From: Eledone cirrhosa
Taxonomy: Eukaryota
Assembly: GCA_964016885.1 (NCBI GenBank)
Contig: OZ024744.1
Coordinates: forward strand, 112,902,001-112,966,000
Length of the DNA stretch: 64,000 bases
Direction: 5' to 3'
The notes beneath the pieces are model-generated. The model did no database searches, was not told the origin of the DNA, and saw only the letters and a list, made by a program, of their open reading frames with translations. Within the stretch, counting starts at the first letter, position 1. Every line of letters starts with the position of its first letter. Made by a program: the position numbers and the translations under genes. This document shows, in pieces, positions 39,362 to 51,230 of the stretch.

Positions 39362-42300
39362 TCAATTCAATTCAATTCAATATATTTGGCAGAAAATAAA
39401 ACATAGATGCTTCAGATGCCATGTAAGGAGGGGAGAGGGGCAAAATTTACACAGTTGGAAACACAGTGGTCCAACACCGGTCCACTTTCACCTTGAATTG
39501 TTGCGTGGTTGGCGCATTGACTACTTCTTCTGGAAGCCGATTCCAGGGTCCAGAGATGCGGATCGAGAAAGCAGCTTTCCATCTATTCAGGCGAAAGCGG
39601 CGGTGAAACAGCTTTTTGTCATGTCCACGTAGACCCCTTTCACATGCCGGAGTGAATAGGAGATCTTGAGGGAGATCGTAATGGCTATTGAAGAGATTGT
39701 AAGCCAAAATGAGATTGCCTCGTAGCCGTCGACGCTCCAAGGAGAAGAGGTTCAGCTTCTGCAGCCGGCTTTCGTAGGGCAGCTCATGAAGACCCTGTAC
39801 CATTCGAGTCATTGAACTCTCCAAGTGATGTATATCTCAGATGAGATATGGGTTTGATGCTTGGATGCCATATTCTAGGTGCGGTCTCACGAGGGCGACA
39901 TAGAGAGGCCTGAAAATTTCTGGCGTGAGTTTGGCAAAGGAGCATCGAATAAGAAATAGAGAGCTCCTTGCTTTGTTTGCGGCTTGAATGCAATGTTTTG
40001 ATGGTTTGAAGGATGAGTCGACCAGCAGACCAAGATCTTTAGTCTCCTCAACATCCTTCTCCTCAACTTACCTTCAGCACCGTTGAAGGTAAGAGCTGAG
40101 TTATAAGGTGTACCCACTGCCATATGGCAACATTTATCGACATTTAGGTATAAATCCCAGTCAATGGACCAACTCCAGGCGCGCTGGAGGCTGGACTTGA
40201 GATTGTTGATCTCGTTCCTACGGGCTACCATTTTCACATCATCTGCAAATAGGAGCACATTTCCACCAATCACATCCGGCATGTCATTGATGTATAGAAG
40301 GAAGAGAATTGGGCCCAACACAGAGCCCCAGGGAGCGCCATTGCCTACACCCACCCCCAATGACAGACTGCCATTGATCCGAACTCTGCAAGTACGACCC
40401 TCAAGAAATGATCCAATCCACTTTATAATCGAATCATGGAGACCGTAGTTGCTGAGCTTATACAGGAGCAGGCGGTGGTTGACAGAGTCAAAGGCTTTTG
40501 CGAAGTCGAGAAAGATAATATCGGCCGCATCTCCATCGTACACTATCCTCGTCACCCATTCTTCCATCACGAGTAGGTTTGTGAGACAGGAACGTTTCGG
40601 GATGAAACTGTGTTGAGATGGAGAAATTGCAGTGAAAGACGCAAGATGAGCCATAATTGCCCGCTTGATTAGAGATTCCAAGGCCTTACAGACAATTGAG
40701 GTGAGGCTCACGGGTCTGTAGTTCCCCGGGTCTTCTTTGTCACCTTTTTTAAAGATAGGGCAAATTGTAGCTACTTCCAGTCGGCAGGAACAACTCTGGT
40801 AGCCAATGACAGGTTGAATGGTGTGGCTAGAGGTTTAGCAAGGTTGGGTGCAACTGCACCCAAAATTGCTGGATGTAGACCGTCTCGACCATGCCCCTTA
40901 TTCACATCTAAGGACAAAAGCAACTTTTCCACCGCATCTAGTCTGACGGTGGTTGGCTGCATGGGTGGGGCGATCATGTTTAGATTTGGAGGTTCTCTGC
41001 CATCGTCCTCTTTGAAGATATTTGCGAAAACATCGGCAAAAAGAGAAGCTTGTTGGTCAGCGTGTTCAATACCTGCACTTTCAGGGTTTCGGAGAGTGAC
41101 AATTTGGTTATTCAGTTTTTTATTTCTCTGCACGTGAGCATAAAAGCGCTTTGGATTACAACCGGCATCATTTGAAAGTTCCCTTTCAAAATTTTGCCTT
41201 CCAATTCTGGAAATATGCTCAACATGATTTCGCTGCTTCCTTTAGACGCCAAATGCCGCCGCAGACATGGTCTCTTGATAGTGCCCCCAAGCAGCGTTTC
41301 TTAACTTCCGTTCGCTGATAATTGTCTTTGTTATCCAGGGTTTGTTTCTTGCGTTTTGGCATTCTCAGAGACACTGCCATTTCTGTTAGCCCAAGTAGAA
41401 TTTCCTTTATTTCTCGCCACAAAGTTTCAACAGACTGATTTTCAGTTAGGCTGCGCCAATTTATCTCGTCGGAGGCCATTTTGATAAGATCATGATTCAT
41501 AGCAGCAAATATTCTTCTCGGCTGATTCGAAACAGGAGGCGGTGCAAGCAAAGTTAGCATGCTAAAGCTCAGTACTGCATGATCGCTTTTCCCAAGTGGA
41601 GACAGAACTTTCAGAGACGATACGGATCTAGGATAACAGGAGAAGATAAGGTCTAGTAACGACGGTCGTTGACCACTTCGAGCCCTTGTCGGTTTTGTAA
41701 CATGCTGGCAGATGAAATATTCATCCGTCGTATCGAGCAATAGTTGGTCGAAGTTATTGTTGGATATGCACACATTTGAGTTCCAGTCTATAGTCGGGGC
41801 ATTAAAATCCCAGAGCATAAGACAGTCTTTTGGACATCTTGAGACAGCTTTCATTGCATTAATGAGACTCTGATCTTCATCTGTTGTAGAACCAGGACTG
41901 CGATAGATGGAAGGAACGGGAATAGTTTCTCCACCCACATTAAGACTGCAAAGTACGGTGTTCAGTGGTAGAGGCTGACGGGATGGTTTGAGCGATGATC
42001 TTGCATAAACGATAACTCCCCCACCTTTTCTTTGAGATCTGTCACATCGGAATGTAGTAAAGTCAGGAATGTGAATCTCTGCATCCTTGACTTCTGAATT
42101 TAACCAGGTTTCGGTTATGACTATGAGGTCTGCTTTCTCGTCTGCAATAACGGAATGGAGATCATCAAGTTTGGACAGAAGAGAGCAAGCGTTGGTTAAA
42201 ATAACTTTGAATGAGTGATCAAGGGACGGCGATTTGGGCTTTAATCACTTTTTGGGGATCTTCGGGAGGAAGTTGGAGGGCTTCTTGCACACCTTCTCAT

Positions 42301-43473
42301 CTGAGATGGCTGTTTGTTCTGCCAGGGAAGCTTGGAGTGTTTGGATATCGTTATTGGGGCCGCCCAAAGGTAAGAGTGTACTATCTTTCCGTTTCTCATC
42401 CGCAGACCAGTCTCTCCGGCAGCTATGCCTGACCTGAGTTCTGTCTTCAAAGTTCTCCAGCGGATTCTTTCTTTTAAGGAGAACTCCTTCTGAAAATCCA
42501 ATTTACTACCCCGGTAACACTTTCTGGCTTCGGCAAGGAAGTCCTCTGCTTTCTGCGAAGTAGAGAATTTGACTTTGTTGGGTCGGGGTCTTGAGTTGGG
42601 ATTTCGTTCTTCAGATTTTTTGGCCAATTCTCATGGCTCAGACTTACGTCTTGTCATCTGAATCACCAATAGTGACGTTGATAATGTTTGAGATAAACTC
42701 AAAGTCTTGGTGGTACCTCACCTTTTCAGTATTTGCACAGCTTTCGGAAACTCTGTAGACATAAACAGATTTGTTACACTGTTGTTCTTCAGCGCTAGCA
42801 GCTGTCTTGGGGGTACCACATTTACCTGTAACATAATGGCGACCATTTACTGAGTTGACCCGATCCGCTTCATCTTCAAGCGGACTTGTATTTGCCGTAA
42901 CAAAATTATCTGCTGAGCTGATAGGGAGACAAGGTTTGTTCTGATCATCAACCGTGTCAGAGTGGTGGTGTCGTCTTTTGGACGACGGCCAAACCTCGGC
43001 AGAGGGATTTACAGTGTCTTCATCAGAGATTAAAGCTGCATCATTTATCGTGGTAGATGCACCTGCAGGAATTTGATGAGTAGACGAGACCAATGGGTTT
43101 TGCTTGGTGTTGTCTTGTGCAGCATCTGCCATCTTCTTGCTTTGCTTCTTTTGGCACTTTGGTTTTGCTTTGATCGTCTTCGTCTGGGAAGATGCAGATT
43201 TAGACGGTCTGTAAGTCGCATCATTAGGAAGTTGAAGTGATAATATCATTTCTTCCATTATCAACATCTTTGACATCAAGTTGAGTTTGCAAGTTAGCGT
43301 TTTTCAGTTCGATTTGGGTAAGGTTCAGTTTCAACTGCTCGCAATTACAATTATAGGTTGATGGCATAACATTGCGATAAGTTTGGACAGCCAAGCGAGA
43401 TCTTGTAGTTGCAGGCATTATTGTGCTTAGAAAATGTACACACGTTGACGGTTGGAGTTGAAGAAAAAAGAGA
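39362..43473 (-). mobile_element. Near full-length, mutated CR1-like LINE (ORF1, APE, RT) nested in the RTE
   Basis: ORF1 fragments at 42241-43420. APE motifs IYRSP, DFNAPTIDW and LGKSDH. RT motifs NYRPVSLTS, DFAKAFDSV, GSVLGPILF, FADD and SLERRRLRG. (ATTGA)n 3' tail at 39361-39380. Confidence 0.9.
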
Positions 43474-44325
43474 GATATACCTCTGTAGTTTCCACAATCA
43501 TTCTTGTTACGCTTTCCCTTGTACAAGACCACCATTACTGCATCTCTCCAGTCCCCAGGTACGGATTCACTAGCCTATATCCTGCCAAACAAAGAGTGAA
43601 GATGTTGCAGAAGTCTCTCACCACCATATTGTAGGAGCTCTGCATATATGCCATCCATACCTGGAGACCTTCCACTGTTCAGCTTTGAGATAGCCACTGC
43701 AACCTCCACAAGCATCGGTAGTTCTGCGAGAGCTACTTTCACAGGACTTTCTGGAATGAGACTGAGGAAATCTTCATTGACGACAGATGGCTGATTCAAA
43801 AGTTCATCAAAGTTCTCTTGCCACCTTCGCAGAATTCCCATGCAAGAGACTGTACAACAGCTTTGTGTTATTGGAATCTGATGCAGCCTGTATCTCATCA
43901 GCCTTCTCACTCCACTTATCCTTCATCTGAGAAAGACTCCGCCTAACACATGATTTCACATCCTTGAGTTCCTTATGCAACATATTCTTCTCCTGTGGTT
44001 TGGCTGTCAAGTAGCGTAACAGAGCACGCCTCTTATCAGCCAACAATTCATCTATATGTTCATCATTCTCATTAAACCAGTCTTGATGTTTTCTCTGCAC
44101 CAATCCCAGAACATGCCTGCCTACACCATAAACTGGCTTTTTAAGGGTCAGGCCAATCCTCACCAAAATCTGCAATGTGCATTTCTTCACGCCATGTCCT
44201 CTTCACATTTTTATCTCTAAGACGAGCAACATTCAATCTCCTGGGCAGGGTAACACCAGGAGCCCGGATTTTACATTTTGTGATTAATTTCCCTTTTGCG
44301 CATACCAGGCAGTGGTCCGTCCAAC
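43474..44325 (-). mobile_element. RTE (BovB-like) LINE, 5' part continuing 37647-39361
   Basis: WTDH, HQDWFNEND, RWQENFDELLN, SPGMDGIYAEL and YKGK.NKNDCGNYRGIS. Confidence 0.88.
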
Positions 44326-44391
44326 ACATATACATACATACATACATACATACATACATACATACATACATACATACATACATACATACAT

Positions 44392-44422
<31 letters not shown>

Positions 44423-44819
44423 TACACACACACATACATGGCTGCAACTATACAAGCATATCTGTATGTACACACACACATATACATACATGCTGGATGT
44501 ACCTCAATTTCAAGAACTGCCACCACATAATCCCCCTCTCACATATGGGTGGCACAAACATGACTATAGTCCTTCCAAAGATTTACATTGCCCTCTGCAT
44601 ATGTTGCAGTGATAAACATTACCTCCACTTTGGTTCCCTCTTTTGGTGAGTTTTCAAATGATGTTGACATTGTTTTCCACACTTCCAACAGAAAGAAATG
44701 TCAAAGAGACCATAATTGGCAACATTTTGTATATGACTTCTATGATGACTTCTAAGACCAGCTTTACTGAGGTAAACTTGGTCACACTCATTGCACATAA
44801 AGTCATTTTGAGCATTTGA

Positions 44820-45640
44820 AAATCCAGGTAAATATTGTGTTGACCCTTATGCTGACCCCTCTTTCATACTCCACACAAGATTTTTCAAATTCCGGTTTAC
44901 CATTAAACATCCTCCAAGATGATTGATCTAAGGCAATGTCTTCCCAGTTATTTGATTTGTTAAAGCTCTTTTAACGCAGTCTTTATACCAGAGTTTTGAT
45001 TCATGCTTTGGCCGTTTGTCTTTGACTAACTCCATGCACAGAAACTGCTTAGGAATACAATGATATCACATTCTTACAATATGGCTACTCCAGCACAAAC
45101 TATATGGAATTATGAGAGATTCAATACTTTCAAAATGACTTCATTCCAGCACTTCAACAACACTCATATGTGATTGCCAATGGATAGCAAGTATATGGTG
45201 AAGACACTGTTGATGAAAATGTTCATACATGTTTATATCTCGTGGTATGCATACAACAATGAAGACAATACACATGTTCTGTATACCTTGAACTTTGTAT
45301 CAATGGAAATCCCACATCAACACCAGACACACCCATTTAATTTACCAAAAGAATCACTTGATTTCTTTTGTTGCAAAGAGGCTTTTTTTTCATGTTAGCT
45401 GTGCTGCCTAAATACACAAATTTGTCCACATCCTTCAATGTTTTGTCATACACATAAAAGCTAGTCCCTGTAAAATCCTTGCCTGGAACAGGTTGATACA
45501 TGACAACCGTCTCAACCAGACTGATTGTCAGACCTAATGTCCTGCATGTCTCCAAAAAAACAATCCATCAGGTGCTACATATCATTCTGGGTGTGAGCAA
45601 AAGATCTCAATAATCGGCATACAAAAATTCATCTATTAAG
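44820..45640 (-). mobile_element. Old degenerate RTE RT fragment
   Basis: LGLTISL.ETVVMYQP...DVDKFVYLGS, similar to the 35949-36704 copy. Confidence 0.7.
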
Positions 45641-45679
45641 GCACACACACAGACATTGGTAAAAGTGTTCATGTATATA

Positions 45680-45756
45680 CAGGATGGGGCATAAAGATCT
45701 CCCACATCCTTTTTTCATATCCCTTCAAAATGTGGTAGATCTTTATGCCCACCTTG
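45680..45756. mobile_element. Tiny Tc1/mariner-type MITE
   Basis: Imperfect TIRs CAGGATGGGGCATAAAGATCTCCCACAT / ATGTGGTAGATCTTTATGCCCACCTTG, flanked by TA on both sides. Confidence 0.65.
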
Positions 45757-45864
45757 TATAAATCAAATAAAGAAAGTTTTGTTTAATTATATAAACAAAA
45801 TTAAATTATCAAGTATTATGTATTGATTAAGTGACTGATTGATTGATTTTATTTGTCTTCCCAG

Positions 45865-45995
45865 TTGTACCAATGGTTGGCAAGGACGACTTTGTGATCA
45901 ATGCATTCCATATCCAGGGTGTCTGCATGGCAACTGTACAGAACCATTTAAATGTGACTGTGATCGCAACTGGGGGGGAATTCTCTGTAATAAAG
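45865..45995 (+). CDS. Internal coding exon of a Serrate/Jagged-type Notch ligand (EGF1 C-half + EGF2, DOS region)
   Basis: Polypyrimidine tract + CAG acceptor and G|GTTTGT donor. The 131 bp encode [43 protein letters not shown], matching the DSL-ligand pattern. The NWGG.LC.K ending favours Serrate/Jagged over Delta. Confidence 0.9.
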
Positions 45996-46012
45996 GTTTG
46001 TCATATTCCATC

Positions 46013-46013
46013 C

Positions 46014-46072
<59 letters not shown>

Positions 46073-47465
46073 GGAGTCTCAGTCATTGATGTTATTTAGC
46101 TGTAAAGTTTGTTGAAATGAACATCAAGCTGCTACCTGCAGCCTCAGACATTCAGGACGTATCGGAGGGTTCTTGCTGTTCCCAGCAAGCATGCCTTTTG
46201 AAGTGTTCCAAAAAACAGGGCTGGACTGATGTTCTTTAACCATCCTTGGAAACTCTTTGAGATAGTACCTAGTGTTCCTATGACAACTGGGATGACCTTG
46301 ATCTCATGACAGTTCCAAATCCTTTTTAACTCCCACTTTAAGTCCTGGTATCGGTTAATTTTCTCCCTCTCCTTTTCTTGCACTCTCGTGTCAAATGGGC
46401 AGGCTACATCTACAATCAGGCACAATCTTTTTACCTTGTTCTAAACCACCAGGTCAGGTCTATTGTGTTTCAGTTTCTTGACCATCTGTATCCTAAAATC
46501 CCATAGCACCTTCACCTGATCGTTTTCTATCACCGACTCTGGCTCATACCACTTCTCAGAATGTGGTAAATTGTTTACTTTGCATAGATGCCAGTGGATC
46601 ACCCTGCCCATCACATCATGTCTCCAGCCTTTATAGTGAGTCTGGGCTAGGTGTTTACACTCGGATACAATGTGAGCCACAGTCTCCTCTCTCTCTCCAC
46701 AGATCCTACACAGTGAGCTAGCCTCCTCCCTGTCAATATGGTGTTTCACCCACTTCATTCTGAGAGCTTGCTCTTGCGCAGCCATTAACATTCCTTCTGT
46801 AGCTTTTTAAAGGTCTCCTCTTTTTAACCAATTCCATGTCTGTGGATCTCTTAATTCCATTTTATTAAAGAAGGTACTATGAAACGATTTTTCATGAAGG
46901 TTGCTCTTCCTCTTTGTTGTTGTTCCTTGGACATCCTCTGTTCTATTGTCTTCTCCTTCAGTACAACTTTGAGCATTGGCTCCCTATTTGTGCGGACTGT
47001 TTTTCTCCACCTGAACACAGACCTCTATGCTGATAAGACCTCTTCCACCTTCAGATCTCTTTAAGTAGAGTCTATCGACATCATTCCTCTTGTAGAACAT
47101 GCCATAGCTAATCATTAGCTTCCTAGTCTTCCTATCCATTTCTTTTTGTTCAGCAACATTCCATTTCAGAATTCCCGCAATGTACCTAATAATAGACACA
47201 GCTCGGGAATTTACAGCACTTATGACATTCCTACTATTTAGATGTGATATTAGTATGTTCCTTACTCTCCTTGTGTACTCAGATCTTATCAATTCCTTCA
47301 ATTTTTTGTTCTTGATGTCATCTGCCCCCAGAACACCCAAATATTTGTATCCCTCTTCAGTGTCAATTTCCTTTATCATCTCACCTGTTGGAACCTGGAT
47401 TCCATTGCTTCTGATCAATTTACCCCTCTTCATCATTAGGACTCCACACTTATTATTATTATTAT
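46013..47465 (-). mobile_element. R4/Dong-like non-LTR retrotransposon 3' part (RT thumb, CCHC knuckle, REL endonuclease) in (TAA)n
   Basis: YKYLGV, RLYLKRSEGGRGL, AAQEQAL, CRICG..EETVAHIVSEC, RHD, WDF, HNRPDLVV, IVDVACP, K...Y.DL and PVVIGTLG. (TAT)n on both flanks. Confidence 0.9.
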
Positions 47466-47648
47466 ATTGGCAGTATCAGTAAAGGGTCGGACGCCATGCT
47501 TTCCAGCAAAGAGTTATGCCCTTTATGGTTTGAGTTCAAATCCCGCCGAGGTTAACTTTGCCTTTCATCCTTACGAGGTCGATAAAATAAAGTACCAGTA
47601 ATGCATTGAGTAATTGAAAAGTAGAAACAATTATTATTATTATTATTA
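47465..47648 (+). mobile_element. tRNA-derived SINE (same family as 33670-33875)
   Basis: TGGCAGTATCAGTAAAG, GAGTTCAAATCCCGCCGAGG, and the shared core. Confidence 0.85.
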
Positions 47649-47649
47649 C

Positions 47650-50046
47650 TGGCTCTCAGCCACCGAGGCGGCAGAGTGTTGCGAAAAGCCGATAACAACA
47701 GCTGAAGTACGGGAGGCAATGACTAGCTGCACAAGGGGTAAATCGCCTGGTTTGGATGGTCTGCCCTATGAACTTTACGTACAGATGCCAGACTTGTTCG
47801 GAGGCCTCTTGGCGGACGTCTATTGCAACTGGCAACAGAACGGGAGAATTCCCAGCTCTGTGAGCCGAGGAGCGGTGGCGCTGCTGAGAAAGGACCCAAA
47901 CAAGGAGGATAACATAGATAATTTCAGGCCCATAATTCTGCTAAACACAGAGTTCAAGATTTTGGCCAAGGTGCTAGCAAAGAGGTTGGCGCTTGTCGTA
48001 GGTGGTCTGGTGGGAGAGGCGCAGACATGCGCCATTCTAGACAGATCCATCCACCAACCTCCACCTCATGTGATACATCATGGAGAGGGTAGCTAGGGAA
48101 CCTCGCACGGGTGGGTCTTTGATCAATTTAGATCAGTCAAAAGCTTTCGATAGGGTCGACCATCGTTATCTGGCGGCAGTCCTAAGAGCAGCTGGCTTTG
48201 GGCCTGTCTTCAGAGGCTGGATTGCTGCCATGCACAGCAACATCTACTCTGGTCAGAGTGAACGGTCACCTTTCGGAACCATACAACATCATGCGCTCGG
48301 TCCGCCAAGGATGTCCCTTCTCGTCCCTCTTGTACGTATTGACTCTCGAGCCATTACTGCACAAACTGGAGACATTGAGGGGCATCCCACGTGAACTAGG
48401 ATGCGGAAGATCCGTGTCAGCATATGCGGACGATGTCACCGTAGTGGTGTCGAACACCAAACACATCGAGGCGATAGGTACTACACTAACAGAATAGCGG
48501 TGACAGGAGCAATGATCAACCAGGAAAAGTCGGTGGGCCTGCAGCTTGGCACCTGGAGAGGCAGGTCCATGCTGTCCAACAGCATCGTCGGGCGCTGGAC
48601 GAACGGACCGGTTAAATTGCTAGGGCTCTGGTTCGGTCCGGACCTCCAGACGGACAAAAACTAGGATGAGGTGATGAGCAGGGTGGCTTCTCTGACCCAG
48701 AAATGGGCAGAGAGGAAGCTATCCCTGAAAGGTCGAGCAGAGGTGGCGAATGCATACATCGCGTCCGTCATCTACTACCGCCTGACCGTCATACCTTGTC
48801 CTAAGCCCCGCCTGACTGCACTGGAGTGTTTGCTCTTTCGCTTTTTGTGGAAGGGACGCGCTTCGATGGTCAGGTGGTCCATCTGCTGTCAACACCCGCT
48901 ACGTGGAGGGCTGGGCATGCCGTGGCTGATGATGCACAGACACGCGCTCAGGCTACGACATCTCCACCTCTTCCTCGACGGTGGTCAGGTGTGGTTGCCG
49001 TTTGCTAGACGCGTCTTTCCCCAGCTCGTCTCCTTGACGGAGCTGCAGTCCTGGGTCAAGCGAAGACCGAGAGGGAGCGCTTGGAGACTGGAATGTCTTC
49101 AAGTGCTTACAGCCCTCGACCAGTCAAGCAGTGTGATCGGTGGAAACTCCACCTTGGCGTTCTATAGAGGATTAGTGGAGGGGAAGAGCGACGACGTACT
49201 TTGGGAAACTCTAGGCATCGACGAAAATCAACTAGCCAATCACTTTGGAAGAACTTTTGGGCCGGGGCCTATGGACAATTTCCAGAAATCTCTGGCCTGG
49301 CAGTGCTACCGAGGAGCTTTGCCAGTTTGGGATAAACTCTACAGGCATGGAGGTGCCGTCAGCCGGGCATGTCCGAGATGCGTGCAGGGCGATGAAACGT
49401 CCTACATGCACTCGTCCAGTGTCCGAGCATTGCTGACTTGTGGGTTTATGGCGAAGATCTGCTGTCGCGTGTAGAACGGGTCTGGCTATCAGCTGAGTCC
49501 ATCGTGAGGATTGCCCCGCCCTCTTCCTTTAGCCGGGAAGGGCAGGCAGTTTTTATCTGTCTGGTGGTCATGGCGAAAGAGATAGTATGATTGACGCGTC
49601 CAAAAAGGCTGAAGACGAGCACTTACCTCTTCGGTGATGCCCTGATTAACTTTTTCAAATTTTATTTGAAAAGGAAAATCAGGGTAGAGAGGGAAGTGCT
49701 CTCTTCCCAGCATTTTGTTCAAAGATGTGCGAGAGTGGCAAAAATGGCTCAAGTGAATGGGCCTACTCTGAGTATGTACCTGTAAATTGAAGGTGGAAAA
49801 CTGGGAGAGGGCACTTGCCCTGGTGGTCAGGGTCACCGTGGCTTTTTTTAATGGGCTTTCTCCACGATGGGCCTCGAAAGTCTCCCCCCCCCCCACCTCT
49901 ATTGGGGAATTTTTCATTGTTGCTTTTTTGTTACATCTGTTTTGTTTTTTTTACATGAAGAAATGCCCATTTGTACCCTCCTGTATTGTCCTGTACTGTC
50001 CTTAATGTCTACTTTATGTAAACCCTTGTGGTTAATAAAGAAAGCA
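47650..50046 (+). mobile_element. 5'-truncated L1/Tx1-clade LINE ORF2 (RT + zinc knuckle) with stops and frameshifts
   Basis: KSPGLDGLPYELY, NFRPIILLNTEFKILAK, LDQSKAFDRVDH, VRQGCP, AYADD, LSLKGR, GGLG and CPRC. AATAAA near 50034. (TAT)n on both sides. Confidence 0.9.
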
Positions 50047-50309
50047 CTATTATTATTATTATTCATTTTTGTAAATCTCAGACACTAAAGTTAGGGAGCA
50101 GTCAATAACAAGTTGATAAAGGTCCCTCACTACATTCTCTCCTGTGTCTTACAATATAGATATTTCAGTTAGGGAGCAGTCAACAAGTTGACATAGGTCC
50201 CTCACTGCATTCTATTCTGTGCCATACTTTTCTTAAAATCCTTGCTCTACCAAGAAGGGCTGGGCTGTCTTCTGTATGACCTGTAACCTTACATCAATTC
50301 CAATTCTAT

Positions 50310-51230
50310 GCATACCAATGATCCAATGTGGGCTGTGCGCTTTTTGCCGTGTCACCATCACGACCATTTTACAGTGTGGGCTGGGTGCTTCACTAGATGC
50401 ATGCCCTCATGGGAGATGAATAGGAGGGGGTGGGGACATATTTTCTATATGCTTCAGCTTCAGCTTGTACTCCTGGGGGATTGGGTCTTCTGTATTATTG
50501 CGTCACACCAGAGGTCACGGCCATGTGTCATCGCCTTTGAGAGGTGCAATTGGGCAAGATCAGCTTTTAACACCTCATCCCAGGTCTTCCTGGGTCTCCA
50601 CACTCCAAGGCTTCCATCGACTTTTAGTGCTCTGCACCTTTTCAAGCAACTGTCATCCCTCATACTCATCACATGTCCATACCAACGCAACCTCCTCTCC
50701 TGCACACAGCATTTAATTCCTCTTAGGCTTAGTCTCTTTCTCAATTTGTTTATGCTTTGCCATTCGCGTATATTACACATCCATTGGATATGTGATAGTG
50801 ATATATGCAAGCTTCATTTCTTTCTAATCTATATAAGTCTTCTACACACAGCGACCAGGTCTCACTACCATGTAACATTGCTGTTCGTATGCACAGATCA
50901 TACAGTCTGCCTTTCATTTTGAGAGAAAAGCCTTTTGCAGCTAGCAGTGGCAGTAGCTCCCTGAACTTCTTCCATCCCGTTCTTACCATGATTACTGTAC
51001 TTTCAGAACACCTACCTCCGCTGCTAATTTGGTCACCTAGGTAGCAGAAGCTGTCTACTGTTTCTAACGAGCCCTTCCAGAATTTGGTAGTGCTTGTTTC
51101 CTGTGATCATTTGCTGCTTACTGTCTCAGTGCAGCTGCTACATGTAAAGCCTACATTCTTAACTAAACTTCCTGAGATCCCCTATATCTCTTGTGTACCC
51201 GTAATTTGCATTTGGGGCAGAGGATGTATT
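50310..51230 (-). mobile_element. RTE LINE 3' fragment (same type as 2745-3452), cut by the 26-bp satellite
   Basis: FCYLGDQISSGG, GWKKFRELLPLL, MLHGSETW, RRLRWYGHV and RPRKTW, plus the remnant of the finger (GFTCSSC). Confidence 0.85.
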
